NCBI RefSeq assembly: GCF_003010495.1
Contig: NZ_CP027570.1
Span: forward strand, 900,001-932,000
From: Megasphaera elsdenii DSM 20460
GTDB taxonomy: Bacteria; Bacillota; Negativicutes; Veillonellales; Megasphaeraceae
Direction of reading: 5' to 3'
Length of the DNA stretch: 32,000 bases
Part shown: positions 6,616-15,249 of the stretch, one piece after another
Layout of the letters: each line of letters opens with the position of its first letter
Numbering within the stretch: the stretch's first letter is position 1
Translations under genes and position numbers: made by a program
The notes under the pieces: generated by a model
What the model was told of the DNA's origin: nothing
The model's database searches: none
What the model saw: the letters and a program-made list of their open reading frames with translations, nothing else

Positions 6616-8025
6616 ATGAAACAATTCATGGACAAAGACTTCTTATTGGATACGGCGACAGCCAAGCATTTATTCCACGACTATGCAGAACATATGCCGA
6701 TTATTGACTACCATTGCCATATTTCCCCGCAGGAAATCGCAGAAGATCACCACTTCCGCAGCATTACTGAAGTATGGCTCGGCGGTGACCATTATAAATG
6801 GCGCCTCATCCGTTCCAATGGGACACCGGAAGAAAAAGTTACCGGTACAGAATCGACAGACCTGGAAAAATTCGTCGAATATGCGAAAGCTCTTCCAAGA
6901 GCTATTGGCAATCCGCTCTATCATTGGAGTCATTTGGAATTGCAGCGCTATTTCGGCATTACCGAACCGTTGAGCGAAAAGAATGCTGAAGATATCTTCA
7001 ATCGCTGCAACGCCAAGCTGCAGGAAAAAGATATGGGCGTCCAGGGCTTGATTAAACAGTCCAACGTCAAAGTCATCTGCACGACAGACGACCCGGCAGA
7101 CGACCTGAAATGGCACCAGAAATTGAAGGATGAAAATACGTGCAGTGCCAAAGTCTATCCGGCTATGCGCCCGGACAAGCTGATGAACGTCGATAAAGCT
7201 GGGTATGCCGATTATATGGCCCGCCTCGGTCAGGCTGCGGGTGTTGAAATCAAGACCTTTGCCGATATCCGCAAAGCCATGGATAAGCGCATCGCCTTCT
7301 TTGAAGAAATGGGCTGCCGGGCTACGGACCATGCCCTGGAATATGTTTTCTGCCGTGAAGCCGATGAACAGACGGTCGATGCCATCATTGCCAAAGCTTT
7401 GAAGGGCGAAAGCATCAGCAAAGAAGAAACAGAAGCTTATAAGACGGCTGTCCTCACCTACCTGGCCGGTGAATATTACAAACGCGGCTGGGTCATGCAG
7501 CTTCACTTCGCCACCTTGCGCGACCTCAATTCGGAAATGTACCGCAAATTAGGGCCGGATACGGGTTTTGACAGCATCGCCGAAGGCAACTGCTGCAAAG
7601 GCCTCATCGCTTTCCTGGACCATCTTAACGAACTCCATATCCTGCCTAAGACGGTTCTCTACTCCGGGACGCCGAACGATAACGCCATGATCGGTACCAT
7701 TATCGGCGCTTTCCAGGGCCCTGAAGCCCGCGGCAAGATCCAGCAGGGCGCTGCCTGGTGGTTCAACGATACGAAACAGGGCATGATTGACCAGATGACC
7801 AGCATTGCCAACTTGTCCGTCTTCGGCAACATCCTGGGGATGCTGACCGATTCCCGTTCGTTCCTGTCCTATGCCCGCCATGAATATTATCGCCGTATCC
7901 TCTGCAACTGGATCGGTAATTTGGTAGAAAATGGCGAATATCCGAATGATGAAGAGGCACTTCGCCAGCTCGTCGAAGATATTTGCTATAACAACGTGGC
8001 TAATTACTTCCAGTTTCAGATGTAA
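6616..8025 (+). CDS. uxaC: glucuronate/galacturonate isomerase
   Basis: 469 aa. The N-terminus FMDKDFLLDTATAKHLFHDYAEHMPIIDYHCHISPQEIAED is characteristic of UxaC. GGAGGAG RBS. Confidence 0.95.
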   Translation: MKQFMDKDFLLDTATAKHLFHDYAEHMPIIDYHCHISPQEIAEDHHFRSITEVWLGGDHYKWRLIRSNGTPEEKVTGTESTDLEKFVEYAKALPRAIGNPLYHWSHLELQRYFGITEPLSEKNAEDIFNRCNAKLQEKDMGVQGLIKQSNVKVICTTDDPADDLKWHQKLKDENTCSAKVYPAMRPDKLMNVDKAGYADYMARLGQAAGVEIKTFADIRKAMDKRIAFFEEMGCRATDHALEYVFCREADEQTVDAIIAKALKGESISKEETEAYKTAVLTYLAGEYYKRGWVMQLHFATLRDLNSEMYRKLGPDTGFDSIAEGNCCKGLIAFLDHLNELHILPKTVLYSGTPNDNAMIGTIIGAFQGPEARGKIQQGAAWWFNDTKQGMIDQMTSIANLSVFGNILGMLTDSRSFLSYARHEYYRRILCNWIGNLVENGEYPNDEEALRQLVEDICYNNVANYFQFQM

Positions 8026-8040
8026 ACGGAGGTGTAAACG

Positions 8041-9498
8041 ATGAAAAATGTAAGTGAACTTTATCAAAAAACGCAGCATCCCGTGCGTATCCTGCAGTTC
8101 GGTGAAGGCAACTTCCTGCGTGCCTTCGTCGACTACGCCGTCGATGTAGCCAATGAAGAAAACGGTTTTGACGGCAGCGTAGCTGTCATCATGCCTCGTT
8201 CGGGCAAGACGGACCGCTTCTCCAAGCAGGATGACATTTACACGGTCTGCCTGCGCGGTCAGCAGGACGGCAAAGTTTACAAAGAAAACCGCGTCGTCAC
8301 TTCCGTCAAGACCGTCATCAGCGCCTGCGATGAATACGACGCCTTCATGGCTCTGGCCCATGAAGATTCGCTGGAATTCGTTGTCTCCAATACGACGGAA
8401 GCCGGCATCACGTTTGATGAAAAGGATGCCTTTACGGACTGCCCGCCGACGACTTTCCCGGCGAAACTGACGAAATTCCTCTATGAACGCTATACTTTCT
8501 ATAAAGGCGCAGCCGACAAAGGCCTGACCATGCTGCCGACAGAACTGAACGACAACAACGGCAAGCTCCTCAGAGACTGTGTAAACCAATATGTAAACAC
8601 GTGGAAATTGAACGAAGGCTTCAAGATCTGGCTGGACCAGCACTGCTCTTTCGTCGATACCCTCGTCGACCGCATTGTCGTCGGCTATCCGAAAGACTCG
8701 ATCGACGCCCTGCAGGCAGAACTCGGCTATGAAGACAACCTGCTTGACCAGGCTGAACCGTTCTCCCTCTGGGTCATCGGTGCCCCTGCCCTGGCTTCGC
8801 GCCTGCCCTTAAACTCAAGTAAATTCAATGTCGAATTTACGGACAGCATCCAGGCCTTCAAGGAACAGAAAGTCCGCATCCTCAACGGCGCTCATACGTC
8901 GATGGTCCTCGGTGCCTATCTGGCCGGCCTCGACTATGTCGGCCAGTGCATGGAAGACCCGATTATCCGCAAATCCCTGGACCAGACGGTCTTCGATGAA
9001 ATCGTACCGACCGTCCATCTGCCGAAAGAAAAGGCCGTCGCCTTTGCCAAGGCCGTCTATGAACGTTTTGAAAATCCCTTTGTCAAGCACGCCTTGCTTG
9101 CCATTTCCTTGAATTCTATTTCTAAATGGAAAGCCCGCGTCCTGCCGACCTTTAAGGACAGTCTGGCAGCGACGGGGAAACTGCCGAAATGGCTGACCTA
9201 TTCCTTTGCGGCTTTTCTGGCCTTCTATCGGACGACCCAGGCCGGAGAACATTGCCTCATCGGCTCGCGTCCGGGCAATACTTATGAAATCCATGATGAT
9301 GAAGACAAACTGGCCTTTGTCAAAGAACAGGCCGGCAAGGGCACGGCTGATTACGTCAAGGCTATTATGGCACGCAGTGACTGGTGGGGTGAAGACCTGT
9401 CGGCTATCGACGGTTTTGCCGATGCCGTTACGGCTCATTTGGACCGCATGGCTGAAATCGGCGTCAAGGCCCATATTGCCGAATTGACAAAGGAGTAA
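8041..9498 (+). CDS. uxaB: tagaturonate reductase (altronate oxidoreductase)
   Basis: The motifs ILQFGEGNFLRAFVDYAVD, FVVSNTTEAGI, PAKLTKFLYERY and STLVDRIV track E. coli UxaB as I recall it (mannitol dehydrogenase family). Confidence 0.95.
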   Translation: MKNVSELYQKTQHPVRILQFGEGNFLRAFVDYAVDVANEENGFDGSVAVIMPRSGKTDRFSKQDDIYTVCLRGQQDGKVYKENRVVTSVKTVISACDEYDAFMALAHEDSLEFVVSNTTEAGITFDEKDAFTDCPPTTFPAKLTKFLYERYTFYKGAADKGLTMLPTELNDNNGKLLRDCVNQYVNTWKLNEGFKIWLDQHCSFVDTLVDRIVVGYPKDSIDALQAELGYEDNLLDQAEPFSLWVIGAPALASRLPLNSSKFNVEFTDSIQAFKEQKVRILNGAHTSMVLGAYLAGLDYVGQCMEDPIIRKSLDQTVFDEIVPTVHLPKEKAVAFAKAVYERFENPFVKHALLAISLNSISKWKARVLPTFKDSLAATGKLPKWLTYSFAAFLAFYRTTQAGEHCLIGSRPGNTYEIHDDEDKLAFVKEQAGKGTADYVKAIMARSDWWGEDLSAIDGFADAVTAHLDRMAEIGVKAHIAELTKE

Positions 9499-9501
9499 AC
9501 G

Positions 9502-10992
9502 ATGAACGTATTCCAAATCCACCCTCATGATAATGTCGCCGTAGCTGTCGACGCCGTTGCCCAAGGCAGCGTCGTCACGGCAGGCGGCAAGACCTTTACG
9601 GTCTGCCAGGATATCCCGGCCGGGCATAAAGTGGCTTTGCAGCCCATTGCCAAAGGCGAAGACGTCATCAAGTACGGCTTCCCCATCGGGACGGCCAAAG
9701 TGGATATTCCTGTCGGCGCCTGGGTCCACACGCAGAATGTCCAAAGTAAACTCGGTGATTTACTTCACTATACCTACGAACCGGAAAAGGCGGATCGCTC
9801 TCCCTGGAAATGTGAAAAAAAATACGAATTTTTCGGCTATAAGAGGACAGATGGCAGTGCCGGCATCCGCAACGAAGTCTGGATCATCCCGACCGTCGGT
9901 TGTGTCAACAACATTGCCCGGGCCATTGAAACGGCTTCGCAAAACTATAAAACAGAAAATATCGATGGAATCTATGCCTATAGTCATCCCCACGGCTGCT
10001 CGCAATTAGGCGATGACCAGGTCCATACACAAAAGATACTAAGTGGCTTGATTCACAATCCCAATGCCGGCGCCGTCCTGGTCCTGAGCCTGGGCTGTGA
10101 AAACAACCAGGTCAGCTTGATGAAAGACGTCATCGGCGATTATGATCCGGACCGGGTCAAATTCCTGGTCTGCCAGGATGTGGAAGATGAAATCGAAGCC
10201 GGGACGGCCATTGTCAAGGAACTTTGCGCCTATGCCAGCCAGTTCCATCGCCAGCCCTGCGACGCTTCGCTGCTGACGATTGGCCTGAAGTGCGGCGGTT
10301 CCGATGGTTTTTCAGGCATTACCGCCAATCCCCTGGTCGGAGAGATTTCCAACCGCCTCATCGCAGCCGGCGGCACGTCGATTTTGACGGAAGTGCCGGA
10401 AATGTTCGGAGCCGAAACGCTGCTCATGAACCGGGCCCGCAACCAGGAAGTCTTTGATAAGACGGTGGGCCTCATCAATCACTTCAAAGAATATTTCATG
10501 AGTTACGGCGAAAAAATCAATGAAAATCCATCGCCAGGCAATAAGGCCGGCGGTATCACGACATTGGAAGATAAGTCCCTGGGCTGTGTTCAGAAAGGTG
10601 GCCGGGCTCTCGTCGAAGATGTCCTGGCCTATGGCGACAGGGCAACGAAGAAAGGCCTCAACCTGCTGCAGGCACCGGGGAACGATTTAGTCGCCTCCAA
10701 TGCCTTAGCCGCTGCCGGAGCCCATATGGTACTGTTTACGACGGGACGGGGCACGCCGTTTGCCTGCCCGGTACCGACGATCAAGATTTCCAGCAATAGC
10801 CACCTGGCCGGATTCAAGCGGAATTGGATCGATTTCAACGCCGGGACCATTGCTGAAGGGGAATCGCGGGAAGCCGCAGCGGACCGCCTTTTCCAATATA
10901 TCCTTGACGTAGCGTCAGGTCGTGTCCATGCGAAATCGGAAGCCTTGGACAAGCACGAACTGGCTATATTTAAAAACGGAGTTACTTTATAA
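9502..10992 (+). CDS. uxaA: altronate dehydratase
   Basis: 496 aa. An N-terminal SAF-like domain (HPHDNVAVAV...) followed by a UxaA/GarD-type C-terminal domain. The start is 4 nt after the uxaB stop. Confidence 0.95.
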   Translation: MNVFQIHPHDNVAVAVDAVAQGSVVTAGGKTFTVCQDIPAGHKVALQPIAKGEDVIKYGFPIGTAKVDIPVGAWVHTQNVQSKLGDLLHYTYEPEKADRSPWKCEKKYEFFGYKRTDGSAGIRNEVWIIPTVGCVNNIARAIETASQNYKTENIDGIYAYSHPHGCSQLGDDQVHTQKILSGLIHNPNAGAVLVLSLGCENNQVSLMKDVIGDYDPDRVKFLVCQDVEDEIEAGTAIVKELCAYASQFHRQPCDASLLTIGLKCGGSDGFSGITANPLVGEISNRLIAAGGTSILTEVPEMFGAETLLMNRARNQEVFDKTVGLINHFKEYFMSYGEKINENPSPGNKAGGITTLEDKSLGCVQKGGRALVEDVLAYGDRATKKGLNLLQAPGNDLVASNALAAAGAHMVLFTTGRGTPFACPVPTIKISSNSHLAGFKRNWIDFNAGTIAEGESREAAADRLFQYILDVASGRVHAKSEALDKHELAIFKNGVTL

Positions 10993-11004
10993 GGAGGGAG
11001 TGCA

Positions 11005-12438
11005 ATGAGCACACAAGAAGGGACGTTGCCGAACAAGAGCGTAACGACTGAAACGGCAGCTTCTAAGGAAGGCCATGTGAAATTATCATGGCGTGAAAAA
11101 ATCTGTTATGGTTTCGGTGACTTTGGCAACGGTTTCATGTTCGACTTAGGCCAGGCATATTTGACGAAATACTGGATCGACGTCTGCACCATTCCGGCAG
11201 CCGCCGTAGCCGGCATCTTCGCCTTTACGAAAATTTTCGATGCTTTCATGGATCCTATCGCCGGGTCCGTCATCGACGGCCGGAAGAATATCGGGCCCCG
11301 CGGCAAGTTCCGCCCGGTCATGATGGCTTCGGCTGTCATCCTGGCCATTTTGACGGTCATTACCTTTACCATGCCGGACTTGTCACCGACGGGTAAGATT
11401 CTCTTTGCCTATGGTGCCTATATGGCCTGGGGCCTCGTTTACTCGTTTACTAACATTCCATATTCGTCCCTGGCCAGCGTCATGACCCGCGATGTCGAAG
11501 AACGAAGTCAGATGGCGACGACTCGTCAGGCCGGTTCTATCGGGGCCCAGCTCATTACCGGCATGGCCTTCGTACCGGTCGTCCTCATGTTCGCATCGCC
11601 TCATGAAGGCTTCTTTGCCGCGTCTATCGTCATGTCCATCATCGGCGTCATCGGCTTTGCTATTTGCTATTTCAACTGCCATGAACATGTTCCGGTCAAG
11701 CGCAATACTCAGAATGAACAGAAAGCGAAATTCTCGGACTACATTAAACTCGTGTTTACTAATAAACCGCTTCTGTGCATCATTTTGATGACCTTGTTTA
11801 CTATTTCGGCCATGAATACGAATAACCAGATGATGATTTTCTTCTGCCAGTATAACTTGGGCCATATGGGTTTACAGCCGATTGTAAACGGTATCATGAT
11901 GGGCTGCTCCGTCGTCGGTATCCTGCTCATTCCCAAACTGGTCAAGATGTTCGGCAAGAAAAAGACGGCCATCGGCGGCCTGCTCATCGGCTGTGCTGCG
12001 GACCTCCTGAACTTCGTCATTCCGACCAATATTTACACTTTCATCATCTTGGTCACCATCGGCTACGTCGCCCTGGCTATTCCGAACGGCGTCACCTGGG
12101 CTTTCGTTTCTGACGTCATCGACTACAGCGAATGGCATAACGGCATCCGTAAAGAAGGCATTACCTATGCGGCTTTCAACTTCTCCCGTAAAATCGCACA
12201 GGCCCTGGCCGCTGTTGTAAGTTCGGGCATCCTGGTCCTGACGGGCTATGTCGCCAATGCCGTCCAGAGTGAAATGACGCTGATGGGCATCAAAGCCGCA
12301 ATGACCTTGTATCCTGGCGTTGCCCTGGGCATTGCCGCTATCATTCTCTATTTCTTCTATGGCCTGACCGACGATAAATTCAAAAAAATCGCCGATGATC
12401 TGAACCATGGTAAGTGGGAACACGGTACGATTGAATAA
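11005..12438 (+). CDS. glycoside-pentoside-hexuronide (GPH):cation symporter family transporter
   Basis: 12-TM protein with the GPH-type N-terminus KICYGFGDFGNGFMFDLGQAYLTKYWIDV. Sits inside the uxa operon. Confidence 0.85.
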   Translation: MSTQEGTLPNKSVTTETAASKEGHVKLSWREKICYGFGDFGNGFMFDLGQAYLTKYWIDVCTIPAAAVAGIFAFTKIFDAFMDPIAGSVIDGRKNIGPRGKFRPVMMASAVILAILTVITFTMPDLSPTGKILFAYGAYMAWGLVYSFTNIPYSSLASVMTRDVEERSQMATTRQAGSIGAQLITGMAFVPVVLMFASPHEGFFAASIVMSIIGVIGFAICYFNCHEHVPVKRNTQNEQKAKFSDYIKLVFTNKPLLCIILMTLFTISAMNTNNQMMIFFCQYNLGHMGLQPIVNGIMMGCSVVGILLIPKLVKMFGKKKTAIGGLLIGCAADLLNFVIPTNIYTFIILVTIGYVALAIPNGVTWAFVSDVIDYSEWHNGIRKEGITYAAFNFSRKIAQALAAVVSSGILVLTGYVANAVQSEMTLMGIKAAMTLYPGVALGIAAIILYFFYGLTDDKFKKIADDLNHGKWEHGTIE

Positions 12439-12450
12439 GGAGGCTTTGTC

Positions 12451-12885
12451 ATGAAAGATAACACCTGCGGTTATTGCGTCAAAGGCGAACCGCTTGCTAA
12501 ATTCGGTATTTACATCTGCGACTTATCGGTCAGTATGCTGGTCCTGTTCAAGGAACAGAGCCACCCCGGCCGCTGCATCGTCGCCTATAAGGACCATGTC
12601 AGTGAAATGACGGACTTGAGCGATGACGAACGCAATGCCTTTTTTGCCGACGTCGCCAAGGCTGCGAAAGCGATTCATCAGGCTTTCCATCCGAATAAGG
12701 TAAACTATGGTTCCTATGCTGATACGGGACATCATCTCCACGTTCATTTGGTGCCGAAATACAAAGATGATTTTGAATGGAACAGTACCTTTGTCATGAA
12801 CCCGGACCGCGTTTACTTGACAGACGCCGCCTATGAGGACATGATTGATAAAATAAAGGCACAATTGGAGGCAGACCATGAGTAA
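12451..12885 (+). CDS. HIT-family protein (histidine triad nucleotide hydrolase/transferase)
   Basis: Histidine triad GHHLHVHLVPKY and an N-terminal CGYC motif. Its stop overlaps the kdgK start by 8 nt. Confidence 0.85.
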   Translation: MKDNTCGYCVKGEPLAKFGIYICDLSVSMLVLFKEQSHPGRCIVAYKDHVSEMTDLSDDERNAFFADVAKAAKAIHQAFHPNKVNYGSYADTGHHLHVHLVPKYKDDFEWNSTFVMNPDRVYLTDAAYEDMIDKIKAQLEADHE

Positions 12886-13825
12886 AGTGCTTACAATCGG
12901 CGAGGCCATGGGCTTGCTGATTGCTGAAGAAATGGGGCCGCTGGAAGAAGTGGAACATTTTTCCCGCCATGTCTGCGGGGCAGAATTGAATTATGCCGTC
13001 GGTATGGCTCGTCTGGGCAACGATGTGTCGTATATTTCCAAGGTCGGCGTCGACCCTTTTGGGAAGTGCATCTGCAACTTCCTCAAGGCCAATGATATCC
13101 ATGACGATTATGTCTGGACCGATGACGACCATATGACGGGCTTCCAGATGAAGGAAAAGGTCCTGGAAGGGGACCCGAAGGTAGCCAATATCCGTAAACA
13201 TACGGCCTTTTCCCACTTCCAGCCGGCAGACCTCGCCGGTATCGACTGGACCGGCGTCGACCACCTGCACGTCACGGGGATTCCCCTGGCCCTGTCGGAA
13301 TCGTGCCGGGAAACGATTTATACGCTGATGATGCGGGCCCATAGCAAGGGCGTGCACATTTCCTTCGACCCGAACCTGCGGCCCATGCTCTGGAAATCCC
13401 AGGAAATCATGGCCCGCGTCATTAACGACGCCGCCCAGTATGCTGACATCGTCATGCCCGGCCTCAATGAAGGCCGGATCCTGACGGGGATGGAAGACGA
13501 AAAGGATATTGCCGGGTACTACTTGCTGCGCGGCGTCCAGACCGTTGTCATCAAGATGGGCGGCAGCCATGGGACGTATATCCGCACGGCCGACGGCCAG
13601 GAATACCGCGTGCCGAGTTATCACGTCGACCACATCGTCGACACCGTCGGTGCCGGTGACGGCTTTGCCGTCGGCTTCACCAGCGCCATCCTCGACGGAT
13701 TGAACCTGGAAGACGCTGCCCGCCGGGGTGCCGCCATCGGGGCCATGGCCATCCAGGTCGCCGGTGATAACGAAGGCTTGCCGACGAGAGAGAAGCTTGA
13801 AGCGTTCATGGATGCGCAGCACTAA
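12878..13825 (+). CDS. kdgK: 2-dehydro-3-deoxygluconokinase (PfkB family)
   Basis: PfkB signatures (GEAMGLL N-terminus; DTVGAGDGFAVGF near the C-terminus), in a KDG-pathway context. Confidence 0.9.
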   Translation: MSKVLTIGEAMGLLIAEEMGPLEEVEHFSRHVCGAELNYAVGMARLGNDVSYISKVGVDPFGKCICNFLKANDIHDDYVWTDDDHMTGFQMKEKVLEGDPKVANIRKHTAFSHFQPADLAGIDWTGVDHLHVTGIPLALSESCRETIYTLMMRAHSKGVHISFDPNLRPMLWKSQEIMARVINDAAQYADIVMPGLNEGRILTGMEDEKDIAGYYLLRGVQTVVIKMGGSHGTYIRTADGQEYRVPSYHVDHIVDTVGAGDGFAVGFTSAILDGLNLEDAARRGAAIGAMAIQVAGDNEGLPTREKLEAFMDAQH

Positions 13826-13837
13826 CCTGTTAAATGC

Positions 13838-13865
13838 GTAGGGGCGCCCATGTGGGGCGCCCGCC
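13838..13865 (+). repeat. GTAGGGGC-GGGCGCCC hairpin module (intercistronic copy)
   Basis: GTAGGGGCGCCC-atgtg-GGGCGCCCGCC. 8-bp GC stem GGGCGCCC/GGGCGCCC with no T-tract after it. Lies between kdgK and eda. Confidence 0.7.
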
Positions 13866-13894
13866 TGAAGTGTGTGAAAAAGGAGTTCTGAACA

Positions 13895-14533
13895 ATGGAT
13901 AAACTTGATGTTGTCAATAAAATTAAAGAAATCGGCATCGTTTCTGTCGTCCGCGGCAAGACCCCGGAAGAAGCGATGATGATGTCCGAAGCCTGCATCA
14001 AAGGCGGCGTCACGGCCATCGAACTGGCCTTCACGACGCCGCGGGCTCATGAAGTCATCGAAGCCCTTTCCAAGAAGTACGCCGACAACCCGGATGTCAT
14101 CATCGGTGCCGGCACGGTCCTCGATGCCATTACGGCCCGCATTGCCATCCTCGCCGGCGCCCAGTTCATCGTATCGCCGGCACTGGACGTGGAAACGATC
14201 AAGCTCTGCAACCGCTACCGCGTCGCCGTCATGCCGGGGACGACGACCCTCAACGGCGTCATTACGGCCTTGGAATACGGCGCTGACGTCGTCAAAATCT
14301 TCCCTGGGGAAATCCTGGGCATGAAAGCCATCAAGGCCATCCACGGCCCCCTGCCGCAGGCTCCGCTCATGCCGACAGGCGGTGTCAACGTCGAAAACGC
14401 CGGCGACTGGATCAAAGCCGGCTGCGTCGCCGTCGGTGCCGGCGGTGCCCTCACCGGTGGCGGCAAGACGGCTGATGAAATCACGGCTACGGCCAAAAAA
14501 TTCATCGCTGCTGTCCAAGCTGCTAGAAAGTAA
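13895..14533 (+). CDS. eda: KDPG / 4-hydroxy-2-oxoglutarate aldolase
   Basis: IELAFTTP, GAGTVL and VKIFPG (Schiff-base Lys context), plus PTGGV. 212 aa. Confidence 0.9.
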   Translation: MDKLDVVNKIKEIGIVSVVRGKTPEEAMMMSEACIKGGVTAIELAFTTPRAHEVIEALSKKYADNPDVIIGAGTVLDAITARIAILAGAQFIVSPALDVETIKLCNRYRVAVMPGTTTLNGVITALEYGADVVKIFPGEILGMKAIKAIHGPLPQAPLMPTGGVNVENAGDWIKAGCVAVGAGGALTGGGKTADEITATAKKFIAAVQAARK

Positions 14534-14550
14534 AAGTTTATAGTACGGAG

Positions 14551-14627
14551 CTTGTAGTTTGTAGAAGATGGCTTTAAGTTTAAAACCATTCACTAAAAAC
14601 TACAAACTGCAAACTTAATACTCAAAA
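14551..14627 (+). repeat. heptamer-phased hairpin element, family 1, copy B
   Basis: Eleven 7-nt words in one register: CTTGTAG TTTGTAG AAGATGG CTTTAAG TTTAAAA CCATTCA CTAAAAA CTACAAA CTGCAAA CTTAATA CTCAAAA. The arms are complementary. Confidence 0.75.
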
Positions 14628-14659
14628 AGGGCTTGTCGTCGTGCGACAAGCCCTTTTTT
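14624..14659 (+). terminator. intrinsic terminator of the uxa-kdgK-eda operon (recurrent stem)
   Basis: AAAAA-GGGCTTGTCG-tcgtg-CGACAAGCCC-TTTTTT. Confidence 0.8.
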
Positions 14660-14780
14660 ATCTGTTTACAACCAGAGGAAAATGTTTAAATGAAGAAAAT
14701 ACATAAAATAAAAATATGATAACTAAGCCAATGAAGGCATATTAAATGAAAATAAATTAGTTTAAAATAGTTCAACAAAA

Positions 14781-14793
14781 TACAAAATTTGTA
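14781..14793. promoter_or_regulatory. 13-bp palindrome just upstream of the -35 (candidate Rrf2 operator)
   Basis: TACAAA-a-TTTGTA, perfect inverted halves. Confidence 0.35.
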
Positions 14794-14797
14794 ACCG

Positions 14798-14826
14798 TTG
14801 ACTTTACAATTAAAATGTCGTATGAT
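14798..14826 (+). promoter_or_regulatory. promoter candidate of the Cys-protein/Rrf2/PAP2 operon
   Basis: TTGACT (14798-14803), 17-nt spacer, TATGAT (14821-14826). Confidence 0.5.
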
Positions 14827-14892
14827 AAGGATGTAATCAGGGTGATTCTATCCTGGATATTTTGATTCGTCTTTTATAGGAGGTTTTTTGAC

Positions 14893-15237
14893 ATGGATGC
14901 AAAAACAGTAGAATTTGTTACGACGAAAACTCACGATTTGATGGCAGCTCCCAGCTGCAACCCGGCTTTGAAAACAGCAGCTCAGGCTTGGCTCGACGCC
15001 GCTGATAAAGATGCTGCTACGCCGGCTTATGTCGAAGCTCTGAAACAGGGCGTTTCGACAATTGACGAACTCCTGGCTTTCGCGGCTTCGGAACATGCCG
15101 TACAGCTCATGGGGGCTGATGGAGCTAAACAGCTCTTGGCTCATGCTAAAGACATTCAGGCTAAAGGTGCTAAATTCTGTGATTGCCCGGCCTGCTCGGC
15201 TGACTTGGCTATCCTCCGCGAATTGAAAGCCCTTTAA
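14893..15237 (+). CDS. small helical protein with 4 Cys (PSC ... CDCPAC), function unknown
   Basis: 114-aa ORF with an AGGAGG RBS and host-like codon usage. Followed 12 nt later by the Rrf2 gene. Confidence 0.7.
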   Translation: MDAKTVEFVTTKTHDLMAAPSCNPALKTAAQAWLDAADKDAATPAYVEALKQGVSTIDELLAFAASEHAVQLMGADGAKQLLAHAKDIQAKGAKFCDCPACSADLAILRELKAL

Positions 15238-15249
15238 GGAGTCGTCCCT

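Noticed and set aside
6670-9744. Minus-strand ORFs of 278, 364 and 309 aa (6670-7506, 7549-8643, 8815-9744) opposite uxaC and uxaB/uxaA
   Set aside because: All lie antisense to genes with strong family matches. None has an RBS or a recognisable domain.
12794-14593. 599-aa minus-strand ORF spanning kdgK, the GC hairpin, eda and part of the repeat element
   Set aside because: It runs antisense through two well-supported genes and across non-coding repeats and terminator flanks. It has no recognisable domain and shows the same codon-bias artefact.
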